The notes: a model not told the origin generated them from the sequence alone. A DNA stretch of 64,000 bases from Porphyridium purpureum (GCA_008690995.1 VRMN01000003.1:1798001-1862000), one strand, 5' to 3'; counted from the first letter of the stretch, positions 11,748 to 22,992 are shown. Program-made: numbers and translations.

Positions 11748-12464
11748 AGTGGTAGACGCTCCAAGGGCAATGGATGCGCCATAAATCGTGGCGTGCACAG
11801 CTTGCGATGACCGGCTTCGCATCGTTTGGACAAATGGGGATATGGTTGGAGCACCAACAACGACGGCAGCGACGGCGCATTGATGCGTCTGCGCCGCTCA
11901 TCCAATCGCTGATCACTTTCACACTCACGAGGGTACAGCTGAGTTTCGAGCGCAAGCCGTTCTGCTTGGATTTGGTGGACGCCGCGTTCGACCGCTGGTC
12001 GTAGAACAGCATTATGGACGCAAGTCTTGCCAACGAAACGAGAAGTAAGGGCATGGTATTACGTGCGTCGTTGGAACTGTCTTATAAGAGACGTTGAACC
12101 ACCAAAGTAGGCGGCGAACAGGAATGATTTGTTAGTCAGCTTTTGTTCAGGGAGGCCGCCAGAAGGCTGGTGTCGTCCCGCTTTTCAAAAGGAGGCAAGA
12201 GCGGCGCGCGATAAAGGTTGCACGCGCTACAGCTGGGCGCGAATTTCCCCGGGACTCCGTGACTCGATGGGAATCGCGACTTGTGTATCGCCATGGTGTG
12301 GATATTCTGGAAGGGGTGGTCGCTGGCATTGAAACGATCGCACCGCCCGTTCGGTGAATGTAAAGACGAAGAAACACAGGCGCAGAAATGCGAAGCTCAG
12401 AGGAGAATATGTACAAGTAAAGAACAGAGAGAATTCTCGAGGATAAAAACGAGCCATTTCTTTA

Positions 12465-13694
12465 TTACGGAAAGACTGGCGCGAGCTCGAGTCCCATGGT
12501 TTCCGGCAGACCCATCATGACATTCATGTTCTGCAGAGCCTGGCCAGACGCACCCTTCACGACATTATCGATGACGGAAATAATTATCGCGCGATCCGGA
12601 ACCCTATCCTCGAAAATGCCCATAACCACGTGGTTCGAACCTCGTACGTGGCGTGTCTGCGGAGCCACGCCGCTCGGAAGCACATGCACAAACGGCTCAT
12701 CCTCATACTGCTTCTCGAGACATTCCCTCAAGTCCGCGACGCTCTTGCCGGGTGCCAGCTTGACATAGATAGACTCAAGGATTCCGCGGCTCATTGGCAT
12801 GAGATGCGGGGTAAAGTTTACGACGATATCCTTCTTTGCTGCGCCAGTGAGACCCTGCTCAATCTCAGGTGCATGTCGGTGCGAAGCCACGCCGTACGCG
12901 TGAATGCCTTCCGTCACCTCGCAGTAAAGAGCCCCCACTTTGGCTGCTCGGCCAGCGCCCGTGGCTCCGCTCTTTGCATCAATGATGATGTCATCTGCGA
13001 GGATCAGGCCGCTCTTCAAAAGCGGGATCAGCGGAAGCTGCGCGGCTGTCGGGTAGCAGCCCGGATTCGCAACGAGTCGTGCTTTACCGACCTGTTCGCG
13101 CATGAGCTCAGTTAAACCATACACTGCCTCCTTTTGCAAGTCGGGGCATAGATGCTCGTGCCCGTACCAGGTCGCATAGGTCTTGACATCTGCGAGCCGG
13201 AAATCTGCGGACAGGTCCACCACTTTCACTTTGTCCAGGGGAAGCTTCATGACGATTTCCTGGGTGAGCGCGTGAGGCAGGCAGCAAAACAGCACATCCA
13301 ACTCTTCGTACTGCGCCGGTGTGATTTCGTCTATCTTGATCAGCTTGGGAAGCTTCTTGGCGAATGTCCCAAACGCGTACTGCGGAAACACCGAGCCAAA
13401 GTCTGCGCCGGCATTCTTCTCGGCTGTCATCAACATGATCTCTGCGTTTCCATGGGAAGCCAACAGACGTACAAGCTCTGCGCCAGTGTAACCACTAGCG
13501 CCCAGCACGCCAACTTTGACGATGGGGTACTTGGGATTCGGCTCGACAGTCATCATCGACACCACGTGCCTCCCTACCGGCCGCGCGCGCGCTCGCGCAC
13601 AGCGACCATGCGCGCCGCATGTAGCCGATCGCACGCGCGCACGCGCTCCAACCGTCCCGCCAACCGCCCAATTGCTCACAAAGGCCGACGCCAT
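12465..13694 (-). CDS. argC: N-acetyl-gamma-glutamyl-phosphate reductase, plastid-targeted
   Basis: GASGYTGAEL, VDLSADFRL, ANPGCYPT (catalytic Cys), DAKSGATGAG, DNVVKGASGQA; MASAFV transit peptide. Confidence 0.97.
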   Translation of the reverse strand: MASAFVSNWAVGGTVGARARVRSATCGAHGRCARARARPVGRHVVSMMTVEPNPKYPIVKVGVLGASGYTGAELVRLLASHGNAEIMLMTAEKNAGADFGSVFPQYAFGTFAKKLPKLIKIDEITPAQYEELDVLFCCLPHALTQEIVMKLPLDKVKVVDLSADFRLADVKTYATWYGHEHLCPDLQKEAVYGLTELMREQVGKARLVANPGCYPTAAQLPLIPLLKSGLILADDIIIDAKSGATGAGRAAKVGALYCEVTEGIHAYGVASHRHAPEIEQGLTGAAKKDIVVNFTPHLMPMSRGILESIYVKLAPGKSVADLRECLEKQYEDEPFVHVLPSGVAPQTRHVRGSNHVVMGIFEDRVPDRAIIISVIDNVVKGASGQALQNMNVMMGLPETMGLELAPVFP

Positions 13695-13899
13695 GTTGGT
13701 GCTTTATCCTCCTCTCGCCCTTCTTCCCTGCGCCGTTTTAGTCCACGTCCCGCTAACTTTGAAGCGCCCCCGTTCAGACGATCTAATCAAACGACTCCGT
13801 TTTGTCAGAAAGAGTGAAGTAAAAAATCTGTGCTTGGGTCGGCGGGTGGCCAGCTAGTCGAACATGAGCAGATGATTTCACAGCTCTTCGGATTCCCGT

Positions 13900-14441
13900 G
13901 AAGCCGTCCCGGTCGATACTCCTGCATAAAGCAGCTCACTGCAGGCTTCATAATCCCGCGTTCCAGGCGGCACTTGTAGCGGCTAAGTTCCCGCATTGGT
14001 CTTGCGCTTTGAAGCCCGCTCCGCGATGGCGAACACTCGAGCATTCAGCGCCCTGATTGTGGACACCCTCGAGCGAAGCAAAGTCTCCATGCCCATCTGC
14101 TGCGTGAACAGAGCACGATGCTTAGTCAAGAGCCCGAGGTATCAGGAATCCGCATTTTTAGCCGGGATCAGCAACGCCTTGTTTTAAGAGGAGTCGCTTC
14201 GTGCAGCATTCGCTTCGTTTCTAAACAAGGCACTCAGACACTCCACGGCCCGGTTTTTGACAGCCATGAATGAAGCGGTCTCTGCAGAACAATGAGCGGC
14301 GTTCGTGTCCTTACAACCCGCGCGGAGCCTGCCCAGACAAGGTTCATTCTGTCTCGGTACAGCGGCGATGAAGGCGGCTGTTCCGACAAAATTTGCGTTG
14401 TCTACCGAGGACCACTGTTCTGATGACAAAGTGACGGACAA
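13900..14441 (-). pseudogene. Degenerate ankyrin-repeat gene fragment
   Basis: AETASFMAVKNRAVECLSALFRNEANAARSDSS*NKALLIPAKNADS*YLGLLTKHRA, then after a frameshift SVHAADGHGD...GAGFKAQDQCGN. Ankyrin-like periodicity interrupted by stops. Confidence 0.55.
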
Positions 14442-15254
14442 GCCGCATCTTCACCGTGTGCGGCCAAATTCAGGCCCTTAGTTCCGGACTAATGGACGGC
14501 ATGCAGGCGCGCAAGCAGGATTTGGTCACGCCAGTCGCTGCGGCTCTCAGTCATTCCGTCTGTCCAAAGCAACCAGGCGTCAGAACAGCCGCAGTCGTAT
14601 CAGACAGCGCGAACATACCCACTTCGCCTGTCACACCACCCACCACCAGCCATGCGGCGCCGCGCTTCCTTGCTCTCCTTCGGCGTCATAACGCCCCAAA
14701 GTACTTTGCCCGCGCGCGCTTCGCTTTTCGCCCTTTGCGTCCTCCGCTTTTTCCCCGGAACAACTCTTGAAAGTCCAATTTGTGTTTTGCAGAACAGTCC
14801 GCTGTACCTTTTTCCGATCAGCGCGCTGCTTTTTAATAGGAACACTGCGTCTGACATCGTGTGAGTACAGTGATGTCTACAACCATATGTGTCGTGAGTG
14901 GTGAGAGATCGCAAAACATGAGAGAATTCGGGTCGCGTGATCATTTTGGTTGAGGGGAGAAACAAGCTGAAAAAAAGCGAGTTGGAGCGTCCCGCAGGTT
15001 TGGGATGAGCCGGACAAGACGCGGACAGGTTGGAGGGGTGGACGGAGGTGCTGATAGGCTTCTGTCACGCGCGCCGCAACGAGGCCGCTGATGGAGGTCT
15101 GCGATTGCTGGGTTGGTTGATGTCTTGTCGGAAGTGGTGCGCGTGAGTGGGTTGCTTTGTTCGGGAAGAAGGAGAGAGAGAAAGGGAGAGAGAGAGAGGG
15201 CCTGTTTACAAGTGCGAGAGTGGTATTAGAAAGGACGGGTATTGGGCGCTTTGG

Positions 15255-16151
15255 ATGCGTGGGCTGCTGGAGGTAGTGGCCGTGAGCGTGAGCGCGACGC
15301 TGATAGTATCTCGGCTCGGTCTCGTGCGAGCTTTGCCGGTTTTCCGACGCATTCGCATTCCGTTTCTGGGGCGGCGAAAAAAAATGCTGCGCGTGCAGTC
15401 GTGGTCGTGCGCACCAGAGCAAGAGCTGGAGTTGGGTGAACAGGAGGAATGGCACGCAGAGTTTGGCGGAGAGGCGCACGCGCGCGACTACGTACCATGC
15501 TGTGAGACCTTTCAGAAAATCAACGAATCGTTGAGAAACCGCATGGTGAAGCGGGCGGCGAATGGGGAATTGGACGTCCTGCTACGCCCCTTTTGCGCTA
15601 GCGTCGTCAATTTTTGCCTAGTATTCGACGCGCTGGGCGCCACATTTTCGCAGCTCGTCAAGAGCGAGATGCTCACAAACGTGGCCAAAATCGAGGCCGC
15701 GTGTTCCAAGCACGGAACAAAGACAATGCGTGAAATGACCGACACGGAATCACAGCTCGGCGTCGCACAGGAGCAGAGTGCCGGCACTGTGGCGCTTCTG
15801 TGGCTAAAGCGATCGCTTCAATTTGTGCTGCTGCTGGTCGACAATATTGTCCTGCATCGTGGCGACGACTTTTCCCTGACGCGTTGCGCGCTTCAGGCTT
15901 ACGATGACTCGCTTCGCGCGGCGCACAACTTCTTGGTCATTGCTGTATTCCGCGCCGCCTTGCTCGCCTTGCCGAACCGCGAGCTCTTCTTTGCGCGACT
16001 GGGACCCTCAGAGTCGCTGGTTCGGCAGGACATGTGCGAGTTGTTGTTTTTGTTCAGGTCCAAGTTCGAGCCTATAGTCGATTTCTTCCTGGAAAGCCAC
16101 ATTGAGAAGGCCTGCGTATCCCGCCTCGAGCTGGTCACGATACCTTCATAA
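15255..16151 (+). CDS. Glycolipid transfer protein (GLTP) domain protein
   Basis: FSQLVKSEMLTNVAKI, GTVALLWLKRSLQF, AYDDSLRAAHNF..AL..LPNRE.F; hydrophobic N-terminal extension. First ATG at 15255. Confidence 0.85.
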   Translation: MRGLLEVVAVSVSATLIVSRLGLVRALPVFRRIRIPFLGRRKKMLRVQSWSCAPEQELELGEQEEWHAEFGGEAHARDYVPCCETFQKINESLRNRMVKRAANGELDVLLRPFCASVVNFCLVFDALGATFSQLVKSEMLTNVAKIEAACSKHGTKTMREMTDTESQLGVAQEQSAGTVALLWLKRSLQFVLLLVDNIVLHRGDDFSLTRCALQAYDDSLRAAHNFLVIAVFRAALLALPNRELFFARLGPSESLVRQDMCELLFLFRSKFEPIVDFFLESHIEKACVSRLELVTIPS

Positions 16152-17084
16152 TTACCACATAAATATGCTCACTTCGTCGCCGCCAAACCTGGCACAGAAC
16201 TGCCTTACACACTGTGCACAAACCATCCCTGTCTGGACGTCACAGATTGTGGATCACGTGGTGCAGCTAATCACGCGCGTGCGTCTCAATCACGGCTCTG
16301 GAATTACGGCGGCACTTGTGCGCGCGTTGAACGGTGAGAAGAGCGATTTATGACGCCTGCGGTTCGCGACGTTCAGCAGCATGCGTTTCAAGAATCAAGC
16401 GCAATCAATTTACTCACGCAGCCGGGTGACTTTGGCCGAAAACATTCACAGGCTTGCCAGATAAACGCGAATAAGGACTCGGCAGGACCACCAAAGGCTC
16501 GTGCTGCGCATACTGGGCGTTCCCAACCGGCGCCGTATTCGCACGTCAAACACCAACGGCGCGCTGATGCATCGTTTGTTTCGATGCACGTGGAGCACTC
16601 TGACGACTCAAAACTGTGCGTCTATCCCATAACCTTTTCCCGCGCACCTGCGGACGCGCACTGCTGCGGCGCCGCTTGCGCGTGGGCGTACGCATCTTCC
16701 TCTACGGCGGGCACGGAAGTTTCACTAATTCAGTTGCAACCAATCGCCCTCCCTGCCAGCACATGCCCTGCCGGGGACGTTACATTCGCCGTCATCTGTG
16801 CAACGGCGCCTAGTCCCGTGCTGGGCGCCGACGCTGGCGCTGGTGCGGGCAACTTGGCCACAGGTACTGCCAAGGAGCTACTCTCTGAGCTTCTCTTTTG
16901 ACATGGCTTCGCACTGCTCAAAACCCACTCTTGAGGGGAGAAACTTTCGCCGTGGTGAAAAGTTTCGCCGGCGCTCCTTTTTTTTCGCGCGGGACTTTCA
17001 ACCTCGTTCGGCTTTTGGGAAGTGTGCGCACATCCGGTTGGCCGTCGTCGGAGCGTCGTGCAGCCAAGAGAAACTGCGCGAGGC

Positions 17085-18764
17085 ATGACGCGGCAGTGCT
17101 GCTCCACCACTTACAAATGTCTGCAGCAGAGGCAAGTGGTGCGCAGGCTCAGCGCCAACGCGGAGACAGGCGCTGCAGCCAAGGTCACCGCGCGCACACA
17201 CAATGTGCGCACGGTGAAGGCGACTCCCAAGCTGCGAATGCCGTACATGGCAGAAAGCTTGTGTCGCATATTCTTTTACGGCGGAGAGTTGGCTGAAGAA
17301 GGTCACCCGTCGGCTGAAATGTACGGAACACGTGCATTCAGGAGTGCTAACCACCATGAGTGGATGTCTAGGTCAGAGCTGGACAGAGCCGGGTATGCCC
17401 CTCTGGAATACCACCCGCGGCGGGTTTCGCGCGGTGTGGCACTTGGGATAGGCTCGACGCGGTTGATTCTGGACCCCGCGCCTGATTCTCACCTCGTTAC
17501 AAAAAGCGTGGTTTCTGCCGCAACCAAGCCGCTGGTTGCTGTTAGCTCAACACGAGTCAGTGATTACAGCACATCTGCGCATTTCATCATGATGTGGCAG
17601 TCCCTGGTTGTCGACTTGAGCACGAGCGAGCAAGAGCGAGATGCAGTTCGGTTGATAGCCCCCAAAGGAATCCTGAGGCTCATGCAGCTTCGGGCACTGC
17701 TTTCGAAGGCAAAATTAAATCGAGTGGATCTGAGCGTCGTAGAGCTGCTACTTGATCGTATGTCCGATGGCTCCGACCCGGCGTCGGCCAAACATGATCA
17801 TGATTGGCACTCTCTGCCGGCCTTAGGACCAACTCAGACTCCTCTCGTGGCTGATGTATCTCAGGTCGGCCTAAAGCGGGCAGTGGCACATGTCGTAAGT
17901 GATGACGACGATTGTGTCGTGTACGCGTGTGACGGCAGAAGTGACGCACGGCTACAAGGGACAGTGTGCTACATTGTGCAAGAAAAGCAGCTGCTACCAT
18001 CCTTTGACACTGGGAAGATTGATATGCCTCGGTTGCGGGAAAAGATACCCAAATGGGTTTTCTCCATGATAACGGACGGAATTGAGGTAACAGTACAAAA
18101 GGGAGGCGCCACCGTGGCCACACTCATCCCGCGTGATGTACTGGGTCCACCACGTCGTGGGAGGAAAGTTATCATGCTGGGCAATTTCGTCGACGGCGGA
18201 ACGGCCGATTCTTTACTTGAATGTCCACTCGCATATGATGCCGACGGAATGGTTGTGAGGATTGGATCGCGGAATACTGACGATATGACGAATTCGCTCG
18301 ATGATACATGGTCTGTTGATGAATGGCTAAAGCGCGCGCAGACCGCATGCAACTTCGCGGATGCATTGAATGCGCAAGAGCTGCTTCTATACGGAGGACC
18401 AGAGCATCATTCTATTGCATCTCAACTTACATCCCGCTTGACCAGCATGCGCAAAGTCGGAGATGTGCGGCTGATGACTGCGGGAGTCGTTTCTCTGAAG
18501 GGATACTTTGGTGAGGACAAGTACCGTTTCGAACAGGAAGGATTCACACCGGGAAAGAGGACTGGTCGCGATAGGATACCCAAGGTAGATGTCGTGCAAT
18601 TTGGTCGGTTACTTCGATGGCAAAGTCTGACCTCATGTATTGTTGATCTTGACGTTCTTCAGATGTCTCGCCAGAGAAGGGATGAAATTCGTGCCGTGGC
18701 GTCTGCCAATGTCGCGAAAGACCCCACAACGGCGAGAGCGAAAAGAGGCCTTTTCTTTCGATAA
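17085..18764 (+). CDS. RNase Z (tRNase Z, metallo-beta-lactamase fold)-like protein lacking catalytic residues
   Basis: Collinear RNase Z motifs: RVSRGVAL..RLILD, VRLIAPKGI, VVSDDDDCVVYA, CYIVQEK, DVLGPPRRGRKVIMLG, LAYDAD, FADALNAQELLL. HxHxDH is absent. Start codon uncertain. Confidence 0.75.
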   Translation: MTRQCCSTTYKCLQQRQVVRRLSANAETGAAAKVTARTHNVRTVKATPKLRMPYMAESLCRIFFYGGELAEEGHPSAEMYGTRAFRSANHHEWMSRSELDRAGYAPLEYHPRRVSRGVALGIGSTRLILDPAPDSHLVTKSVVSAATKPLVAVSSTRVSDYSTSAHFIMMWQSLVVDLSTSEQERDAVRLIAPKGILRLMQLRALLSKAKLNRVDLSVVELLLDRMSDGSDPASAKHDHDWHSLPALGPTQTPLVADVSQVGLKRAVAHVVSDDDDCVVYACDGRSDARLQGTVCYIVQEKQLLPSFDTGKIDMPRLREKIPKWVFSMITDGIEVTVQKGGATVATLIPRDVLGPPRRGRKVIMLGNFVDGGTADSLLECPLAYDADGMVVRIGSRNTDDMTNSLDDTWSVDEWLKRAQTACNFADALNAQELLLYGGPEHHSIASQLTSRLTSMRKVGDVRLMTAGVVSLKGYFGEDKYRFEQEGFTPGKRTGRDRIPKVDVVQFGRLLRWQSLTSCIVDLDVLQMSRQRRDEIRAVASANVAKDPTTARAKRGLFFR

Positions 18765-18869
18765 TGCTGAGTGTAGACCAGCAACCACGACAAGTAGCTC
18801 AGGTACAAGATAGCGAGCACGTTTGTTAAAGGCTTTCGTCTTCGACATGCAAAGCCAACGTAACATGCT

Positions 18870-20324
18870 TCACCGAACAGCAGTGCCTGTACGAAGACCT
18901 CCTGTGCTCTGTATTTGGCTTACTGTCTTTCTGGCCGCCCACTCTAAATAGTCGTCACGCTCTGCAGCGATGTACTCTTCAATGAGGTCGCCAACGACTT
19001 CGCGAGACGAGTCGAACTCATCTAAGTTTTCTGCAAACATGCTCTGCTTCTTGTACGAGTCCAGAAAGGCGTTGCGCTTGCGCAGCTTGTCGTATTGATT
19101 GGCCGTGGTTGTAAAGAGCTTGCTGATTGAAGTGTGATTGGCGAGCATGAGTCCACTGACACGGTTTGCACTGGCCAAAAAGGGCGACTTGCGGCTGAGC
19201 GCGACGTGCACGCTGGTCGGTGCCCAGCTGATAAAGTTGATGGCCTGCCGCTCGCGAATACGTTGCAGCGACTTATAAATATCTGCCGGGTCCACATCAC
19301 CTTGAATGATATTTAGCGAGGAAATGTAGCAGCCTTGTTTGATTGGTACGGTCACCATGAGGTTCTGTGAGAGGAGAAGCCTCCGCATGATCTCAAGCAC
19401 CGATGTTTTGCGGATCTGCGACAGCCCTGCTGTGTCACCCTCGAGCAGCGTTAGAGGTGTGTATCCGGGAATGAGAAAATGACTTTGTGGTGACGGAATA
19501 AGCGACGCCATCAAACTCGTGAGGTCATTGTACATGTTTCCCGGAAAACGCAGCGTGCTCGTTGCCGCGGCCATGACGGTTGCCACCAGCGAATTGACTT
19601 GAGGAAAGGTGGGCTGACTGACAAGCAGTCGCTCCTCTGCGAGGCGGTTCAACGCTGTATTGTCAAGCACCACCACACAGTCAGCGTTCATCGTGAGTCT
19701 CTTAAGTGCCAGCATCGTATTGTATGGCTGCACGACCACGTCAGACATGTCGCTTTGGTTGGGGAACACAGAATAGGTCTGCACAATTTTCTTAGGGAAG
19801 TGATCGTGAAAGCGGTCCAACAAGAATGAGCCCAGACCGGAGCCCGTGCCACCAGCCACACTGTGAGTCATCAAGAAGCCCTCGAGCGACTCTGAGTTGT
19901 CTGCCTCACGGTCCAGCATGTCAAAAAGCGCGTCCTCGTGCGTCTGTCCCTGCTGATACCCGCTTGCCCAGTTATTCCCCGCGCCGCCGCCGCTCGGAGC
20001 CGTAAACATGTTTTCCGAGTTGTACAGCCCCTTCTGCACACCTGCTTGTATCGCCTCGATGACGCGCGGTTCCAGGTCGATTAGCACCGCGCGCGGCACG
20101 TAACGATCATCGTCCGCCTGGTAGAAGAACACCTCTTTGCGATCTCCCACGTGGCGCTCCTGCTGCTGGTGATGAGCCAGTCGCGCGTCAGCAGGGCCCG
20201 CGCGTTCGCGCTTGAGCAGGCCGTCTGGCGCGATGCCATGCTCCGCGCATAACTGCTTCCAGAACTCGGTTCCCACTTGGTTCCCGCACTGGCCCACTTG
20301 CACGGTGATCAAATCCCGTGGCAT
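18870..20324 (-). CDS. TUBG1: Gamma-tubulin
   Basis: [67 protein letters not shown]. Confidence 0.97.
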   Translation of the reverse strand: MPRDLITVQVGQCGNQVGTEFWKQLCAEHGIAPDGLLKRERAGPADARLAHHQQQERHVGDRKEVFFYQADDDRYVPRAVLIDLEPRVIEAIQAGVQKGLYNSENMFTAPSGGGAGNNWASGYQQGQTHEDALFDMLDREADNSESLEGFLMTHSVAGGTGSGLGSFLLDRFHDHFPKKIVQTYSVFPNQSDMSDVVVQPYNTMLALKRLTMNADCVVVLDNTALNRLAEERLLVSQPTFPQVNSLVATVMAAATSTLRFPGNMYNDLTSLMASLIPSPQSHFLIPGYTPLTLLEGDTAGLSQIRKTSVLEIMRRLLLSQNLMVTVPIKQGCYISSLNIIQGDVDPADIYKSLQRIRERQAINFISWAPTSVHVALSRKSPFLASANRVSGLMLANHTSISKLFTTTANQYDKLRKRNAFLDSYKKQSMFAENLDEFDSSREVVGDLIEEYIAAERDDYLEWAARKTVSQIQSTGGLRTGTAVR

Positions 20325-20485
20325 CACGCCGTCTGTCCAATGTCTCCGCTGCCGGCTGCGTCTTGTCTCGCCTTCGCTCCACCTTTTGGCGCGTTCGGGT
20401 GCGCCTTTTTCTTTCGCTTCTGCCGAGCAGCGCGCCAAATTACTAGTTAAACGCACCTATTTTAGTATAAGCATGTCCCTTGGAG

Positions 20486-21370
20486 TTATGGGATGCGCGC
20501 AAGCGTTTCGGTCATGCGCGTGTAGTCGCGCTGCACAGCGGCTTGGAAAGTTGGCGACTGTTTGAGCTGCGCATGAGACTGGAGCAGAAACTCGAACCGC
20601 ACAGGTGACTCTAGCGGAAACACATTGCGCAGCACAAGCGCGCCGAGGCCGACGTAGAACGCGCGGTCGGGGTGCGAGATGGGAGGACGCACAAAGAGAA
20701 GCACACGGTCTGTCGAACCAGCGCTCGGCGCGGCCGTTGACGCGGCCAGAATGCGCGTGATCATGGGAGACTCGACAGTTTGGGTGGGTTGCGCAAACCA
20801 GTGGAGCACAGAGCCTTCTGGCTCGAACCGGTTCTCGTACACCGAGTCAACGTTAGAAGCGTCGGGAAGATTCACAAACAGACAGACAGCGTTCCGAAAC
20901 GGAACAATCCCGCTCATGCGTTGAAACGCCACGGCTTGATTATCGCACAGACTCGTCACGACAAACCGCTTCACTTGCGAGTTCGGAGACATGAAGACCC
21001 TGAGTTCGTCCGAAACATGCAGATCCAGGTCAACATCGAGCTCGGACGAGCTCGGCCTGGCGCTGGTACCGTATTTGTCAATCCGAACCTTTGTCTCCGT
21101 CTTTGATCTCGCCCGCCCCGCTCTATACTCTCCGAGCTCTGGCTCCGTCTTGCCCACGACCCGAGCCGACCGTCTCAGCGCTGCGCGAGCCTCCGGCGAG
21201 CGGGGCTTATCCTCGACTTTTCGTCGCTTCACGTCATCATGCGCGCTCGACTCCTCTCTTTGCGACACTGCATCGAGAACCAAAGCCAGCTTTGGCACTA
21301 GCTCCAGCTCCTCCAACCGGCGCCTGTTTGCCGCCACGCGCGCCGCTCGCAACTGCTCATACTCACCCAT
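20486..21370 (-). CDS. Hypothetical protein with N-terminal YE..R..R...N...L helix and C-terminal DUF3427/PUA-SRA-like domain
   Basis: Intact 294-codon ORF from ATG 21370. C-terminal pattern LFVN..YENRF..LHWFAQ..VLLFVR..FYVGLG..PVRFEFLL. Confidence 0.65.
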   Translation of the reverse strand: MGEYEQLRAARVAANRRRLEELELVPKLALVLDAVSQREESSAHDDVKRRKVEDKPRSPEARAALRRSARVVGKTEPELGEYRAGRARSKTETKVRIDKYGTSARPSSSELDVDLDLHVSDELRVFMSPNSQVKRFVVTSLCDNQAVAFQRMSGIVPFRNAVCLFVNLPDASNVDSVYENRFEPEGSVLHWFAQPTQTVESPMITRILAASTAAPSAGSTDRVLLFVRPPISHPDRAFYVGLGALVLRNVFPLESPVRFEFLLQSHAQLKQSPTFQAAVQRDYTRMTETLARIP

Positions 21371-21450
21371 CCTCAACTCAATCCCACGACCCTCACCACA
21401 CCACCAAGCGTGCCGCGCACAACCTGCGTCTTCTCCAACCTGCAACTGTA

Positions 21451-22841
21451 CAGCAAGTGACAATCAATTAAAAACACCCGCTAGTCGTTACCTTTTATAA
21501 CAAAACATGGTAAATTTAGTATAAACTCGTTGAAGTAGAGATTTTACGCGCGAAGGGAAAGTGACAAACGATTAAAAACAGAGCAAGTTCAGAGAGTTTA
21601 CCGCAGCAGTGAAGGGTAGAAGCGAGTTCTGAAAGCGCCACGTCCTTCCTTGGCCCAAGACCTTTCCAACGAGTCCCTTTGACACACTGTCACGCGAGCC
21701 TGTGACGCAGGAGCCCTCCATTTTCGCCAGGGCGTCCTAATCTGCCGTTCGCAGCTCTTTCACGCTATAAAACTGCTGGAATTCACCGTAAACGTGGCCT
21801 ATTACATGTCTCCGAACATGGTCAATTGAATCCAAGTCTCGCGGGAGCGCAGGACTATCTCTAGCTTCCACATATTTGCTTTTCAATCGGTACCCGGTTT
21901 GCTCTGCCTTGAGGCAAGCTACATAGAGCAACATAAACATGAAGCAACTGAGCTTTTTTACGGCTCTCATATTCACCCGAAATCTGTCCAACATGTTCAC
22001 GCTTCTTGCGCCCCTCTCAATAGGGATACGATAGTCGCATGCGAAGGAGAAGTCTAAATTTTCGGGTGTGGTTGGCACTCCCAAGTTATCAAGCTGTGTG
22101 CACCAAACGTACAGATGAAATGGTTGACTGGGATAAGCTCTGACCCTCCCTAAGAGAAGAGGACACCATCAGAACCCTCCAATTCGAGCCTTTTAGGTCC
22201 GTAAATAACACTTGCAAGTTTTTCTCTGTTTTCAGCAGTAAAAACAACTCATTCATTTTGTGTGTGTCCATGACAGTTCTCCAAAGCTGGTATGGTCGTC
22301 TTCGTCTCGCACGTGCGCTTATTTCTGGTTCCAAGTCTGGTGCGTTGCGCTGAAATTGGCTCGGCACATGCTGATTAGAGTTCTGTGCAAGTTAAAAAGC
22401 GCAGCAAAAGAAGGCCTTGCTTTGGGACATTTTCAAGCTTTAGGTGCGGTTTGGATGTTATTCTTGCGTCATTCTGATCGGGCCTCCATTTGCTTTCCGT
22501 TTTGAGGCTATTCAAATACCTTTGTACTAATGCAACGGAGCAAAAACTCAATGGTCAGTTCGTGATCACCCGCATCATGCATTCCTCCGTAACCACGCCA
22601 CCAATCATGCTGGGCTCTTGTCCACTGAAAGACATTGCTGTGCTCCTGATGAAACCGCGCCGCGCGCTCATGTCCATGCTCTATGACCCCTGGAATGTGT
22701 GTTTGACTGCACTGTTTTTAATCGTTTGGACGCTCGCACGGTCACCGAAAGGTCGACCTTCTTCAATTTTATTCTAAAATTACCTATTTTCATAGAAAAT
22801 ATGCAAAACAGCGGGTGTTTTTAATTGATTGTCACTTACTG
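21451..22841 (-). mobile_element. Tc1/mariner DNA transposon, full length (1391 bp), transposase pseudogenised
   Basis: 32-bp TIRs at 21451-21482 and 22810-22841 (CAGYAAGTGACAATCAATTAAAAACACCCGCT, 31/32 match), TA on both sides. Minus-strand transposase remnants VLFTD / KRLELEGSDG and DSPALPRDLDSIDHV...VY...QFYSVKEL. Confidence 0.9.
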
Positions 22842-22992
22842 TACACAGCATCGAAGAGCTTACGCTGTACCTCGTGATGATCGAGCGCCGTGCAAAAGTA
22901 CAGTTTGGGTGTTCTGTTGCGAATCTTGGGTGATGTCGCAGCCATTTGAGGGTGCGGAGCAAGGAACCGAACAGTCTGTAAAGAGAATGTTC

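Noticed and set aside
11760..12420. Short ORFs between the convergent HAT gene and argC
   Set aside because: No family motif recognised; cannot support a gene or TE call.
16350..16901. 183-aa ORF between GLTP and the RNase Z-like gene (also 33738-34409, 41000-41698 and 52353-52952)
   Set aside because: No recognisable motifs and low-complexity composition; likely chance ORFs.
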